This document shows positions 1-9,616 of a DNA stretch of 64,000 nucleotides, one piece after another. Under the pieces are notes generated by a model. The model had not been told where the DNA came from. It saw only the letters and a list, made by a program, of their open reading frames with translations, and made no database searches. Position 1 is the first letter of the stretch. Each line of letters begins with the position of its first letter. This DNA comes from Myxococcales bacterium (GTDB lineage Bacteria; Myxococcota_A; Polyangia; Polyangiales; Polyangiaceae), in contig JAYTOU010000042.1 in NCBI GenBank assembly GCA_043747615.1, positions 59,144 through 123,143 of the forward strand. Direction: 5' to 3'. A program made the translations under genes and the position numbers.

Positions 1-648
1 GGCCTTCACCACGATGGCGACGTCCTCGGGCTTGTGCGCGTCGGAACAAGCCGCTTCGTACGCGTCGTCTTCGAGCAGGCGCTCCGCGGCTTTCTGCGAC
101 GCACGCCCGTACTTTCCGACCAAGGCGCATACGTCCAGCAAGAGGAGCGCACCCGCATCGAAGAGTGGATCGAGGCACGAATCGTCCTTCCAGACGGGCT
201 GGTACCGCTCGGGGTGGGCGATGACCGGGGTGAGGCCCGCGCGTCGAAGATCGAACAGCCGCGCCTGAAGGAACGCCGGAAAAGCGGTGGTGGGAAGCTC
301 GATCAGCACGGTTTTTCCGCCAGGATACGGCAGCCCTTGGCCGTGTGTCAGCCGCTGGAAGACCACGTCGTCGAAGAAGTGCTCGCTCGAAAGATGCACT
401 TCGGGCAGCGGACGGCCGGCGTCCAGAAGTCGGGCCTGGGCGAGCACGGGGGTCATCGCTTCAAACGCCTTTTCGAGTGCGTTGCGGTCATTGTTGAACA
501 TGCCCGGGCGCATGTGCGGCGTGGCGACGACGGTCGAAAAACCAGCTTGGTGCAGCCCGCGCAGGAGGGCGATGCCGTCCTCGGGCGAGCGGACGCCGTC
601 ATCGATGTCGGCGATCCAGTGGCAGTGGAGATCGATGAATCCACGCAT
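1..648 (-). CDS. CpsB/CapC/YwqE-family PHP-fold protein tyrosine phosphatase (3' end runs off the window)
   Basis: Absent from the ORF track because there is no stop in the window. Manual translation from ATG at 648 gives MRGFIDLHCHWIADIDDG...VVATPH...PVIAHPERY...CSDAH, matching the DxHxH, DDG, TPH, AHPERY and SDAH motifs of this family. Confidence 0.88.
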   Translation of the reverse strand, partial: MRGFIDLHCHWIADIDDGVRSPEDGIALLRGLHQAGFSTVVATPHMRPGMFNNDRNALEKAFEAMTPVLAQARLLDAGRPLPEVHLSSEHFFDDVVFQRLTHGQGLPYPGGKTVLIELPTTAFPAFLQARLFDLRRAGLTPVIAHPERYQPVWKDDSCLDPLFDAGALLLLDVCALVGKYGRASQKAAERLLEDDAYEAACSDAHKPEDVAIVVKA

Positions 649-756
649 ATTCGGCCGCGGGGTGTTACCACGGTATCTCTTCGGACGGGCGATGGACTAA
701 CATGACGACGAGGCTCTGATGCCTCAGGGGCACACCGAGTCTCTCCTCTCAACCAA

Positions 757-1920
757 ATGGCATCGCTCAATCCGCTGACGCGCGAGTTGGTCTTCAAGGT
801 GGTCTTCTACGGACCGGGCCTTGGTGGTAAGACCACCACACTCCAGCACCTCCACGGCGCTACGAAACCGGAGAACCGCGGCAACCTCGTGTCGCTGGCG
901 ACGCCAACGGATCGCACGCTCTACTTCGATTTCCTGCCGATCCGCGTGCCTCGAGTCCGGAACATGAACGTCCGGCTGCAGCTTTTCACGGTGCCCGGGC
1001 AAGTCTATTTCGGCGCCACGCGAAAGCTGGTCCTCACGGGGGCGGACGGAATCGTCTTCGTGGCCGATTCGCAGCCGGAGCGGCAGGACGCAAACCAGGA
1101 GTCCCTCGAGGACTTGAATGCGAACCTCGCGGAGCACGCGCGATCCCTCTCGGACACGCCCCACATTTTTCAGTGGAACAAGCGCGATCTCCCCGAGGTT
1201 TTGCCGACCGCCGAGCTCGATCGGCGCTTCAATCTGTTCGGGGTCACGGCGGTGGAGACGATCGCTTCTCGCGGAGACGGCGTCTTCGAGTCCCTCGAGC
1301 AGATTACGAAGGCGGTCATCAACGCGTACCGGGCGGAGATGCCGAAAGGGGGGCGTGAGCTTGCAACCTTCCTTGAAGCCTCCGACGAGGGCCTGACCGA
1401 CGCCATCCGTGGGCTCACCGAGACGCCGACCGCCGCTGCAAATGACGAAGCCAGCGCCGACGATGCACCGCCAACGAAGATCCTCGGCTCGTCACCCGGC
1501 GCGGCCTTACAACGAGCCTCGCAGCGCGATCCCACGCCGCCCCCCGCGAAAGCGATGCCAGAGCCCGTTCCGGAAGAGATGAAGCTTTTCTCGTTTGCGG
1601 AGCTCTGGGGCGAAGGAGATCGAGATGGGATCCGAAAGGCCGAAGCGCTCCTCGGCGCACGCGACGCCACAGGCGCGGTCCTCGCGTGCGATCTCCTTCT
1701 CGCGCGTATTCTCGCGTCGGCGGCCTCCCTCACCGGGTCCCTCGACGCTCCCCGCGATCCCGGGCTGGTGTGCCTCCTGATCGGGCTCGACGGGCGTCGC
1801 TACCTTCGGTTCCGGACCGTGGTCCGCGCCGCACGTCAGGACGAAGAGATCACTCTTCGCTCCGCCACCGATTGCCTCCTCTTCGTTCTCGAAGCGCGCC
1901 GCCTGAAAGACGGTATTTGA
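757..1920 (+). CDS. MglA-family small GTPase with a long C-terminal extension
   Basis: YGPGLGGKTT P-loop, DRTLYFDFLP, TVPGQV and NKRDL motifs typical of MglA. About 190 extra residues follow (Pro/Ala linker plus a helical region). Confidence 0.85.
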   Translation: MASLNPLTRELVFKVVFYGPGLGGKTTTLQHLHGATKPENRGNLVSLATPTDRTLYFDFLPIRVPRVRNMNVRLQLFTVPGQVYFGATRKLVLTGADGIVFVADSQPERQDANQESLEDLNANLAEHARSLSDTPHIFQWNKRDLPEVLPTAELDRRFNLFGVTAVETIASRGDGVFESLEQITKAVINAYRAEMPKGGRELATFLEASDEGLTDAIRGLTETPTAAANDEASADDAPPTKILGSSPGAALQRASQRDPTPPPAKAMPEPVPEEMKLFSFAELWGEGDRDGIRKAEALLGARDATGAVLACDLLLARILASAASLTGSLDAPRDPGLVCLLIGLDGRRYLRFRTVVRAARQDEEITLRSATDCLLFVLEARRLKDGI

Positions 1921-1997
1921 AGAAATTTGAAGGATCAGTAGTTTGAGCGATTGCCTCGCGGGCTGCGGTTCGATGCCTGAATAAGAGACCGGCTCGC

Positions 1998-3572
1998 CTA
2001 GAAAAGCGAGCCGATGCGCTGGACGATCCCGGTGCCGCCGAAGAGAGCGCGCACGCCCCGCATCATCCAGTGAAAGCTCTTTGCGGAGTACGGGAACCAG
2101 AGCGGATCCCGTGATGGCGGGGCGAACCGGTCGTAGTTGACGTGGCGAATGGAGGCCATGTCACGAAGAGCGTCGTCGCCGTGGACGCGTCCGAAGCCGG
2201 AATTTTTGATGCCTCCGAACGGGGTGTCGATCGCCGCGTAGTTGATGAGCACGTCGTTCACGACGACGCTGCCGGCCTCGATCCGTTCGGCGATGCGGAT
2301 GCCTCTGTCGCGATCCTTCGTGAACACGTAGCCGTTCAGGCCGAGGTGCGACGCATTCGAAAGAGCGATCGCCTCCTCTTCCGAGTCCACCTTTTGGATC
2401 GGAACGATGGGCCCGAAAATTTCCTCGTTCATCACCGTCATCTCGGCGCTGCAGCGGGCAAGGACCGTCGGTTCGAAGAACTGCCCGGGGCCCTGTTTTC
2501 GATGCCCGCCAGCGACGAGCTCCGCGCCTTTCTTGAGCGCGTCGTCGATGTGCGCCTCGGCCACTTCGATCTGCTTCGGGAAAATGATGGCTCCGACGTC
2601 GACGTAGTCCTTCGATGGATCGCCTTGTTTCAGCTCCGAGACGAGCGTTCGCACGCGCGCGACCAACGGGTCGTAGACGTCCTTGTGAGCGTAGACGCGT
2701 TCGACCGAGATGCAGGCCTGACCGGAGTTGCTGAAGCCGCCAAAGACGATCGCGCGCGCGGTGCGCTCGAGATCCGCGTCGGCGCAGGCGATGAGCGGCG
2801 CTTTTCCTCCGAGCTCCATCACACACGGAATCAAGCGCGCCCCGCAAGCGGCGGCGACCCGTTTTCCGGTGTGCACTGCGCCCGTGAAGATGACCTTCTG
2901 GACGTCGCTTTCGATCAGCGCTGCTCCCGCCGGTCCGAAGCCGACGATGACCCCGAAGAGATCCTCCGGGAGACCGGTCGCGTCGTAGATCTCTTTGGCC
3001 TTGAGCATGGTGAGCGACGTGACCTCGCTCGGCTTCACGACAACGGCGCTCCCGGTGACCAGCGCCGCCAGCACGCTCCCCATCGGAATCGAGAAGGGAT
3101 AGTTCCACGGTGAGATGACGCCGACGACACCGCGCGGCGCGAAGTGTACGTAGCTCTTCTTGTGCTTGAGGAGATGGAGCGGGATCTGCTGCGGAGCAAG
3201 AATCTTCGCAGCGTTCTTGCAGTAGTACGTCGCGAGGTCCGCGGTGAGCATGACCTCGTGGGCGAGCGCTTCGTGGCGCGGCTTGCCGCATTCCTTCGTG
3301 ATGATCTCCACGATCTCGTCGGCGCGATCGACGATCGCATCTCGGAAGCGAAGCAGACGCTCACACCGCTCTTCGACCGGCAGGACCCCCCAGGCGGCCT
3401 GCGCTTTGTGGGCGCGCGCGACGATGGCGGTGATCTCCGCCGGAGCGGTGACCTTGATCTCGCGAAGAAGCTCGCCGCTCGCGGGTGCGTAGCTGCGAAT
3501 GGTGTCTTCGGAGGGCTTGCCGGCCGCGTTTCGGTTGGTCGCGTCGCCTTTTTCGTACGCTACGAATCCCAT
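1998..3572 (-). CDS. aldehyde dehydrogenase family protein
   Basis: ISPWNYP, KPSE, FTGA, MELGGKAP, catalytic GQAC, EEIFGP and PFGGIKNSG motifs. Confidence 0.93.
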   Translation of the reverse strand: MGFVAYEKGDATNRNAAGKPSEDTIRSYAPASGELLREIKVTAPAEITAIVARAHKAQAAWGVLPVEERCERLLRFRDAIVDRADEIVEIITKECGKPRHEALAHEVMLTADLATYYCKNAAKILAPQQIPLHLLKHKKSYVHFAPRGVVGVISPWNYPFSIPMGSVLAALVTGSAVVVKPSEVTSLTMLKAKEIYDATGLPEDLFGVIVGFGPAGAALIESDVQKVIFTGAVHTGKRVAAACGARLIPCVMELGGKAPLIACADADLERTARAIVFGGFSNSGQACISVERVYAHKDVYDPLVARVRTLVSELKQGDPSKDYVDVGAIIFPKQIEVAEAHIDDALKKGAELVAGGHRKQGPGQFFEPTVLARCSAEMTVMNEEIFGPIVPIQKVDSEEEAIALSNASHLGLNGYVFTKDRDRGIRIAERIEAGSVVVNDVLINYAAIDTPFGGIKNSGFGRVHGDDALRDMASIRHVNYDRFAPPSRDPLWFPYSAKSFHWMMRGVRALFGGTGIVQRIGSLF

Positions 3573-3573
3573 G

Positions 3574-3960
3574 TCATGCCTTTCTTTCGATGAGCTCGAC
3601 CTTGTAGCCCGACGGATCCTCGATGAAGGCGATCACGGTTGTCCCGTGCTTCATTGGACCGGGCTCGCGGGTGACCTTTGCCCCCGCCGCTCGCGCGCGC
3701 TCCACCGTCGCGTGGATGTCTTCAGTTCCGATGGCGACGTGGCCGTAGCCGTCACCGATCACGTACGAAGAGGTGTCCCAGTTGTGGGTGAGCTCGATCA
3801 CCGCGCCCTTGCTCTCGTCCTCGTAGCCGACGAAGCACAGCGTGAATTTGCCGCCGGGGTAGTCGGTCTCGCGGAGCACTTTCATCCCGAGGACCTCGCA
3901 ATAAAACTGCTTCGACGCACCGAGGTTCCCAACACGTAGCATCGTATGGAGCAGCCGCAT
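3574..3960 (-). CDS. gloA: lactoylglutathione lyase (glyoxalase I)
   Basis: MRLLHTMLRVG...IELTHNW...YGHVAI...AFIEDPSGYKVELIE. Start reassigned to ATG at 3960. Confidence 0.92.
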   Translation of the reverse strand: MRLLHTMLRVGNLGASKQFYCEVLGMKVLRETDYPGGKFTLCFVGYEDESKGAVIELTHNWDTSSYVIGDGYGHVAIGTEDIHATVERARAAGAKVTREPGPMKHGTTVIAFIEDPSGYKVELIERKA

Positions 3961-3973
3961 GAGCCCACGATAG

Positions 3974-5212
3974 TCAGTCCCTCCGGCGCGGCGCAATGGC
4001 CGGCCAGGCGATCCACGCAGCGGCTCCGGGTACGACGAGCGCGGCGAGGGCAAGCAGAACCTGATCGTACGTATGGGTGCGGTCGACGACCGTGCCGAGG
4101 ATCGGGCTCGCGACCACGTACGCGGCAGATTGTGCAGCCGCGGTGAGCCCGCCTGCGCGCGAAACCCGAGACGGATCGATGCGCGAGAGCATGTCCCCCG
4201 TAAGAAGGGCGAAGAGCGCCCCACCGCCGGCCATGGCGGCTGAGGCCACCAGGGTCGCTTCGAACGCGTCAGCGGCGAGTGGCAAGCAGGCCAGTGTCGC
4301 CGCGAGCATCGCCGCGAAGGCGACGAAATCCGCATGCGAGCCCACGGATCCGTTTCTCTCTCTCCGGCTCGCTGCCACGCCGAACGCGACCGCGCCGACA
4401 TCAAAGAAGAGGGGAGGGCACCACGCATAACGTCCGAGGTCGTCCTGCACGAGCCCGTGGGCGTCGACGAGGTACTGCGGAAACCAGTTCAGGACGAACA
4501 TGATCCCGGGCGCGGACGCGACGACCAGAATGACCGCGCGAATTACCGCCCCCTGCCGCCCGAGCTCGGAAAGTGTGGTCGCCGCCTCTCGAAAAAACTT
4601 CGGGTGTGCCGTTTCGGGCAGGCGAGGGGCAAGCTCCGCGGTTGCGCCGCGTGTGGCGAGCAACCAGCACGGGATCCAAAGGAGTCCGATGAGCGCCGTC
4701 CCCACGAACGCAAACCGCCAACCAAAGTGCTTATTGAGAGCGACCGCCGCCGGAGCCGCGATCATCGCCCCGATCGAGCTGCCGGTGAAAAGAAGTCCGA
4801 CCCCCGCGGAGCGATCACCTTCGGGAAGCGCGCGCTTCACCGCCTGCACCGCGCCGGGAAACGACGGAGCCTCCGCGAGCCCGAGAGCGATGCGAAGCGC
4901 AAAGAGCATAGAGAACGTAGGCGCGGCAGCATGGAGTGCTGCTACTCCGGACCACACGAAGACAGCGGCCGCGAGCCCACGTCGAGCGCCTGCGCGATCG
5001 ACGAGCGTGCCTGCGAGCGGCGCGGCCACGAGGTAGGCCATGGAGAACGCGCTCGTGAGCCACCCATAGTGCGTTCGATCGATGGAAAGAGCGGTTCTCA
5101 CCGTCGGAGCGAGCGCCGCTAGGGTCTGGCGATCGATGTAGCTGACGCTCATCGCGCTCGTGGCCATCAGGGCGACGAGCCATCCTTGCGTTCGAGAGAG
5201 GGCTGGTTTCAT
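3974..5212 (-). CDS. MFS transporter (ExuT/ACS-like)
   Basis: SYIDRQTL, GTLVDRAGARRG (motif A), LRIALGLAEAPSFP and many hydrophobic helices. Start trimmed to MKPALS at 5212. Confidence 0.85.
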   Translation of the reverse strand: MKPALSRTQGWLVALMATSAMSVSYIDRQTLAALAPTVRTALSIDRTHYGWLTSAFSMAYLVAAPLAGTLVDRAGARRGLAAAVFVWSGVAALHAAAPTFSMLFALRIALGLAEAPSFPGAVQAVKRALPEGDRSAGVGLLFTGSSIGAMIAAPAAVALNKHFGWRFAFVGTALIGLLWIPCWLLATRGATAELAPRLPETAHPKFFREAATTLSELGRQGAVIRAVILVVASAPGIMFVLNWFPQYLVDAHGLVQDDLGRYAWCPPLFFDVGAVAFGVAASRRERNGSVGSHADFVAFAAMLAATLACLPLAADAFEATLVASAAMAGGGALFALLTGDMLSRIDPSRVSRAGGLTAAAQSAAYVVASPILGTVVDRTHTYDQVLLALAALVVPGAAAWIAWPAIAPRRRD

Positions 5213-5293
5213 CGGAATTCGAGGGACAGACCGTACGTGCATCCCGAGTGATTCGCGTGAATTTCCGAGGTCAACCGTGTACACTTTTATGAG

Positions 5294-6991
5294 ATGGCCG
5301 AGCATTCCGCGTCGGACGACCTGGACACTTCGGGGACCACGTCCGAATCCTTGAAGGGAGGGACGCGCCTCGGTCGTTACGAGCTTCTGCTGCCCATCGC
5401 CACCGGCGGCATGGCGAGGGTGTGGGCGGCGCGTCAGCACGGACAGCGGGGCTTCAGCAAGCTTGTCGCGATCAAGACCATCCTCCCCCACCTCGCACGC
5501 GAGCCCGAGTTCGAGCGGATGTTCCTCGACGAAGCGAAGATTGCTTCGCTCGTCCACCACCCGAACGTTTGCGAAATCTACGAGCTCGGCGAAGAGGGGC
5601 AGGTCCTCTATCTCGCGATGGAGTGGGTCAGCGGCGACTCGCTCATGCACGTCCTGCGGATCTACGGGGACAACGGTGAGGCGCGTCTCGAGGCCATCGA
5701 TCTCAGGGTAGCTGCGCGCATCGTGGCCGACGGATGTGCAGGGCTTCACGCGGCGCACGAGCTCCTCGACGAAGGCAACAATCCGATGAACGTGGTTCAT
5801 CGCGACGTGTCCCCGCACAACCTCCTCCTCACCGCCGAGGGTCACGTTAAGGTGGCCGACTTCGGCGTCGCCAAGGCGCTCGGGCAAACCCATCAGGCGA
5901 CCGTCGCCGGGCAAATCAAGGGCAAGCTGGCGTACATGGCCCCTGAGCAAGTGACGGGTGCGCCCATCGATCGCCGGAGCGACGTGTTCTCCGCGGGCTG
6001 CATTCTCTACGAGGCGACGACCGGGCAGCTCCCGTTCAAAGGAGAGGGCGATCACCAGATCATGCACTCGCTCCTAAAGGGCGAGTACGCGCTCCCATCG
6101 AAGATCCTCCACGGCTTCCCGCGGGACCTCGAAAAAATCATCATCAAGGCGATCTCGCCCAACCCTGGTGATCGCTTCAACACCGCGCGCGAAATGAAGA
6201 TCGGGATCGACGACTGGCTCGCCGCTTCCGGACCCGCCGTCACGCCGCCGCACGTCGCGATGGTCGTTCGCGCACGGATCGGCGCGGTCCTCGAAAAACG
6301 TCGCGAGAAAATTCGCGTGGCCTCGCACGTGCACCAGAGCGTCAGTGCAAGCGGTGCGATCATCAGCCTCCCGGGCGGAACGCCTTCTCAGTCTCACGCC
6401 ATCCAGCCCTCGGCGAGCGGTGTAATTCCCAAGGCAGGTGATTACAGCAACGTCGCCGGAGTGACGCCGCCCCCGCCGCAGATTTCGGACCTCGGATTTC
6501 CCATCGCAAACGCGGCCTACCGCGTGAACGTCCCGGACCCCGCGATGGCCGAGGTTCATTCTGGCGCGACGGCGGCCGTGTCGAACGCGATGTCGATGCA
6601 GTCGGACTCCGGTTACGCAGCGGGCGAGGAGCCTCCGCCGAGCATTGGGAAATATTTGTTGGCAATGGCCATCGGAATCGGCGTCGCTCTCGTGGTCGGA
6701 CTCGTTGCGATTTTCGCAATCCACACCGCGCGCAAATTCTTTAGTCCTGCGCCCCAGGTCGAGCCGCCGCCGCTGGTCGTTCAGCAACCGCCGCCCGCGA
6801 GCCTACCGAGCGTGAGCGAGCCCGCCCCGTCAGCTCCGCCTCCTGCAGCCGCTTCGCCTTCTGCAGCCGCACCGCCCGATCCCGTGAAGCCGCCGCCGGT
6901 GAAGGAAGTAAAGGTCGAACTGAAGCCCGAGCCGCCGAAGCCCGAGCCGCCGCGGCGCCCGCACAACGTCGGACCAACGCGACTTCCGTGA
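5294..6991 (+). CDS. membrane-anchored Ser/Thr protein kinase
   Basis: ATGGMARV, VAIK, HRDVSPHN, DFG, YMAPEQ and DVFSAG motifs, then one TM helix and a Pro-rich C-terminus. Confidence 0.93.
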   Translation: MAEHSASDDLDTSGTTSESLKGGTRLGRYELLLPIATGGMARVWAARQHGQRGFSKLVAIKTILPHLAREPEFERMFLDEAKIASLVHHPNVCEIYELGEEGQVLYLAMEWVSGDSLMHVLRIYGDNGEARLEAIDLRVAARIVADGCAGLHAAHELLDEGNNPMNVVHRDVSPHNLLLTAEGHVKVADFGVAKALGQTHQATVAGQIKGKLAYMAPEQVTGAPIDRRSDVFSAGCILYEATTGQLPFKGEGDHQIMHSLLKGEYALPSKILHGFPRDLEKIIIKAISPNPGDRFNTAREMKIGIDDWLAASGPAVTPPHVAMVVRARIGAVLEKRREKIRVASHVHQSVSASGAIISLPGGTPSQSHAIQPSASGVIPKAGDYSNVAGVTPPPPQISDLGFPIANAAYRVNVPDPAMAEVHSGATAAVSNAMSMQSDSGYAAGEEPPPSIGKYLLAMAIGIGVALVVGLVAIFAIHTARKFFSPAPQVEPPPLVVQQPPPASLPSVSEPAPSAPPPAAASPSAAAPPDPVKPPPVKEVKVELKPEPPKPEPPRRPHNVGPTRLP

Positions 6992-7000
6992 GGTAGGCCG

Positions 7001-9565
7001 CTACGCCCAGCGCACGAGCGAGGTCTCGAACGGGTGGCTGAGAGCAGAGTTCCACGGACGGATGCGCGCTGCAAAGGCGTGCGCGCCGCTGTCGTTTGTA
7101 GGGATTTCGCCGGTGTAGCGGAAGCTTCCGTCGTCGGCCTTTCCGACGAGGTCCATGCGCACGACGGCCCCATGACCGAGCTCGTGACCGCCGTTGGTCG
7201 GACCGTGATAGAGCTCGACCACGACGTCGTCCGGCACGAGAGTGCCAAGCTGCACGACAGCTTCGACGCGCATCCGCTCACCGACATGAAGCTGCTCGGC
7301 CGAGCTCAGCGCGACCTCTTGAACGGCAACGTTCGGCCACGCGAGGTTCACGCTCTCCTTCCATGAGGCGAGCTTCTGCGCGCCGCTCAGGTTTCCGGCC
7401 ATCATCGTCTCGGAGAGAGCAATCGCCGGCACATAATATTTCTCGGTGTACTCGCGGACCATTCGTGCGGTGTTGAACTCGGGCACGAGCTTGGAGATCG
7501 CATTCTTCATGCGCTTGATCCAGGCGCGGGGAAGCTGATTGCGCGACTCTCTCAGGTAGAAGAGGGGGACTACTTCGCGCTCGAGAAGATCGTAGAGGAC
7601 CTCGGCTTCCACGTCGTCGCCTGCGCCCTCGACGTATTCCTCTCCGCGGCCGATGCCCCAGCCAACCTCCCAGCCGTGGCGGTCCCAGGCCTCCGCCCAC
7701 CATCCATCGAGCACGCTCAGGTTCAGGGCGCCGTTGGCAGCGGCCTTCATTCCGCTCGTGCCGCTCGCTTCGTGCGGTCGACGCGGCGTGTTGAGCCAGA
7801 CGTCGACTCCGGAGACCATGGCCCGCGCGATGCGCATGTCGTAGTCCTCGATGAATACGACTTTGCCAATGAGGTCCTTGTCTCGGCTGGCGTGGACGAT
7901 CGAGCGAATGAGCTCTTTGCCGCCCTTGTCTTGCGGGTGCGCTTTGCCCGCAAAAATAAGTTGCACGGGGCGATCGGTATTGCTGAGGAGGCGCTTTACG
8001 CGATCCATGTCGCTGAAGAGGAGAGCCGCTCGCTTGTAGGTCGCGAACCGTCGCGCGAATCCTATGGTGAGGGCGCGCGGATCGAGCACTTCGTCGGCGC
8101 TGGTGATGGCCTCGGCGGCTTGGCCCTTTCGTTCTGCGGCGCGCCGCAGCCACCTGCGTGAGAGGGCGACAAGACGATGGCGACGGTGCTCGTGGGCCTG
8201 CCAGAGCTCCGCGTCGGGGATGTCCTGTGCGCGCGCCCACAGCTCGGGGTCGTCTGTCGCCTCGGCCCAACGCGGGCCCAAGTAACGCGTGTAGAGTGCA
8301 CCATGTTCGGCAGAGATCCAGGACGCGATGTGGGTGCCGTTGGTAATGGATCCGATCGGCACCTCGTGCTCTGGGAGGCCGGGCCAGAGCGGCTGATACA
8401 TCTTTCGAGAGACGTCGCCGTGAAGCGCGGAGACGCCGTTGTAGTGGTCGCACGAGTGGATCGCGAGCACGGGCATCGAGAACTTCGCCGCCTTGTCGGT
8501 CGCGTCGATGCGCCCGAGCGAGAGCAGCTGATCTTCGGTGATTCCCAGGGCCGCGCGGTAAGGCTCGAGGTACTTGCGCACCAGCTCCGGCGCGAAGACG
8601 TCGTTGCCCGCGGGCACCGGCGTGTGGGTCGTGAAAATATTTTGCGCCGAGCACGCTTCTTTGGCGACGGTGAAGGACGCTCCGCGATCACGCATCAAGC
8701 GCCCGATCCGCTCGAGCGCGAGGAACGCCGAGTGCCCCTCGTTCATGTGGCACACCGTGGGGGACATGCCGACCGCCTCGAGGGCGTGGACGCCGCCGAT
8801 GCCGAGCATGATCTCTTGGCGAATGCGGAACTCCGAGTCCCCTCCGTAGAGGGGGCCGGTGATGGAGCGATCGATCGGGGCATTCACTTCGAGGTTCGCG
8901 TCGAGCAAGAAGAGAGGCACGCGGCCGACTTGAACGCGCCACAGCTGCGCCGAAATAATTCGATCCGGATAGGCCACGCGGATCATGAGGCGCGCGCCTG
9001 CAGGGTCGAGCACCGGCTGCACCGGTAGGCGATGCCAGTCGTTGATCGGGTAGCGCTCCCCTTGCCAGCCGTCGTCGTTCAACACCTGGCGGAAGTAGCC
9101 CTCCGCGTAGGCCAGGCCGACGCCGACCAGAGGAAGCCCAAGATCGCTAGCCGTCTTTAGGTGATCGCCGGCCAAGACGCCGAGACCGCCCGAGTAGATC
9201 GGCAGCGACTCGTGAAGCCCGTACTCCATCGAGAAATAGGCGATCGTCGCGTCCTTCGCTTCCGGGAAGCGCTTCTTGAACCAGCCGCCGCGCGAGAGGT
9301 AGCTCTGGAACGTGGTCCATGCGGCCTCGAGATGGCTGAGGAACGCGTCGTCTTGCCCGAGGTCGTCGAGGACTTTCTGGTCGACACGGCTGAGAAGCTC
9401 GATGGGATTGCCATGAACCTCTTCGTAGAGGTCCGCGTCGATGCGGAGGAAAAGCTCCCTTGCTACCGGGGACCACGCCCACCAGAGGTTGTGGGCAATC
9501 TCGCGCAGTCGCTCCAAGGACTTGGGGAGGCGCGGAAGGACTGTGTACCGGCGAAGCGTAGGCAT
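7001..9565 (-). CDS. glgP: alpha-glucan (glycogen) phosphorylase
   Basis: YFSMEYG, YSGGLGVLAGDHLK, HMNEGH, GFARRFATYKR and the PLP-lysine motif EASGTSGMK. Confidence 0.95.
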   Translation of the reverse strand: MPTLRRYTVLPRLPKSLERLREIAHNLWWAWSPVARELFLRIDADLYEEVHGNPIELLSRVDQKVLDDLGQDDAFLSHLEAAWTTFQSYLSRGGWFKKRFPEAKDATIAYFSMEYGLHESLPIYSGGLGVLAGDHLKTASDLGLPLVGVGLAYAEGYFRQVLNDDGWQGERYPINDWHRLPVQPVLDPAGARLMIRVAYPDRIISAQLWRVQVGRVPLFLLDANLEVNAPIDRSITGPLYGGDSEFRIRQEIMLGIGGVHALEAVGMSPTVCHMNEGHSAFLALERIGRLMRDRGASFTVAKEACSAQNIFTTHTPVPAGNDVFAPELVRKYLEPYRAALGITEDQLLSLGRIDATDKAAKFSMPVLAIHSCDHYNGVSALHGDVSRKMYQPLWPGLPEHEVPIGSITNGTHIASWISAEHGALYTRYLGPRWAEATDDPELWARAQDIPDAELWQAHEHRRHRLVALSRRWLRRAAERKGQAAEAITSADEVLDPRALTIGFARRFATYKRAALLFSDMDRVKRLLSNTDRPVQLIFAGKAHPQDKGGKELIRSIVHASRDKDLIGKVVFIEDYDMRIARAMVSGVDVWLNTPRRPHEASGTSGMKAAANGALNLSVLDGWWAEAWDRHGWEVGWGIGRGEEYVEGAGDDVEAEVLYDLLEREVVPLFYLRESRNQLPRAWIKRMKNAISKLVPEFNTARMVREYTEKYYVPAIALSETMMAGNLSGAQKLASWKESVNLAWPNVAVQEVALSSAEQLHVGERMRVEAVVQLGTLVPDDVVVELYHGPTNGGHELGHGAVVRMDLVGKADDGSFRYTGEIPTNDSGAHAFAARIRPWNSALSHPFETSLVRWA

Positions 9566-9616
9566 GCGCGGCAGGATAGTGGTTAACGTCGTTCTCGACT
9601 AAGGGAAGAAGCATCC

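Noticed and set aside
34..705. 223-aa plus-strand ORF
   Set aside because: Antisense shadow of the minus-strand PHP phosphatase; no motifs of its own.
5213..6067. Apparent long N-terminal extension of the MFS transporter (697-aa ORF)
   Set aside because: It is the antisense frame of the Ser/Thr kinase; the transporter plausibly starts at 5212.
6760..6960. ccg-rich repetitive DNA
   Set aside because: Explained by the Pro-rich tail of the kinase; not a CRISPR or tandem DNA repeat.
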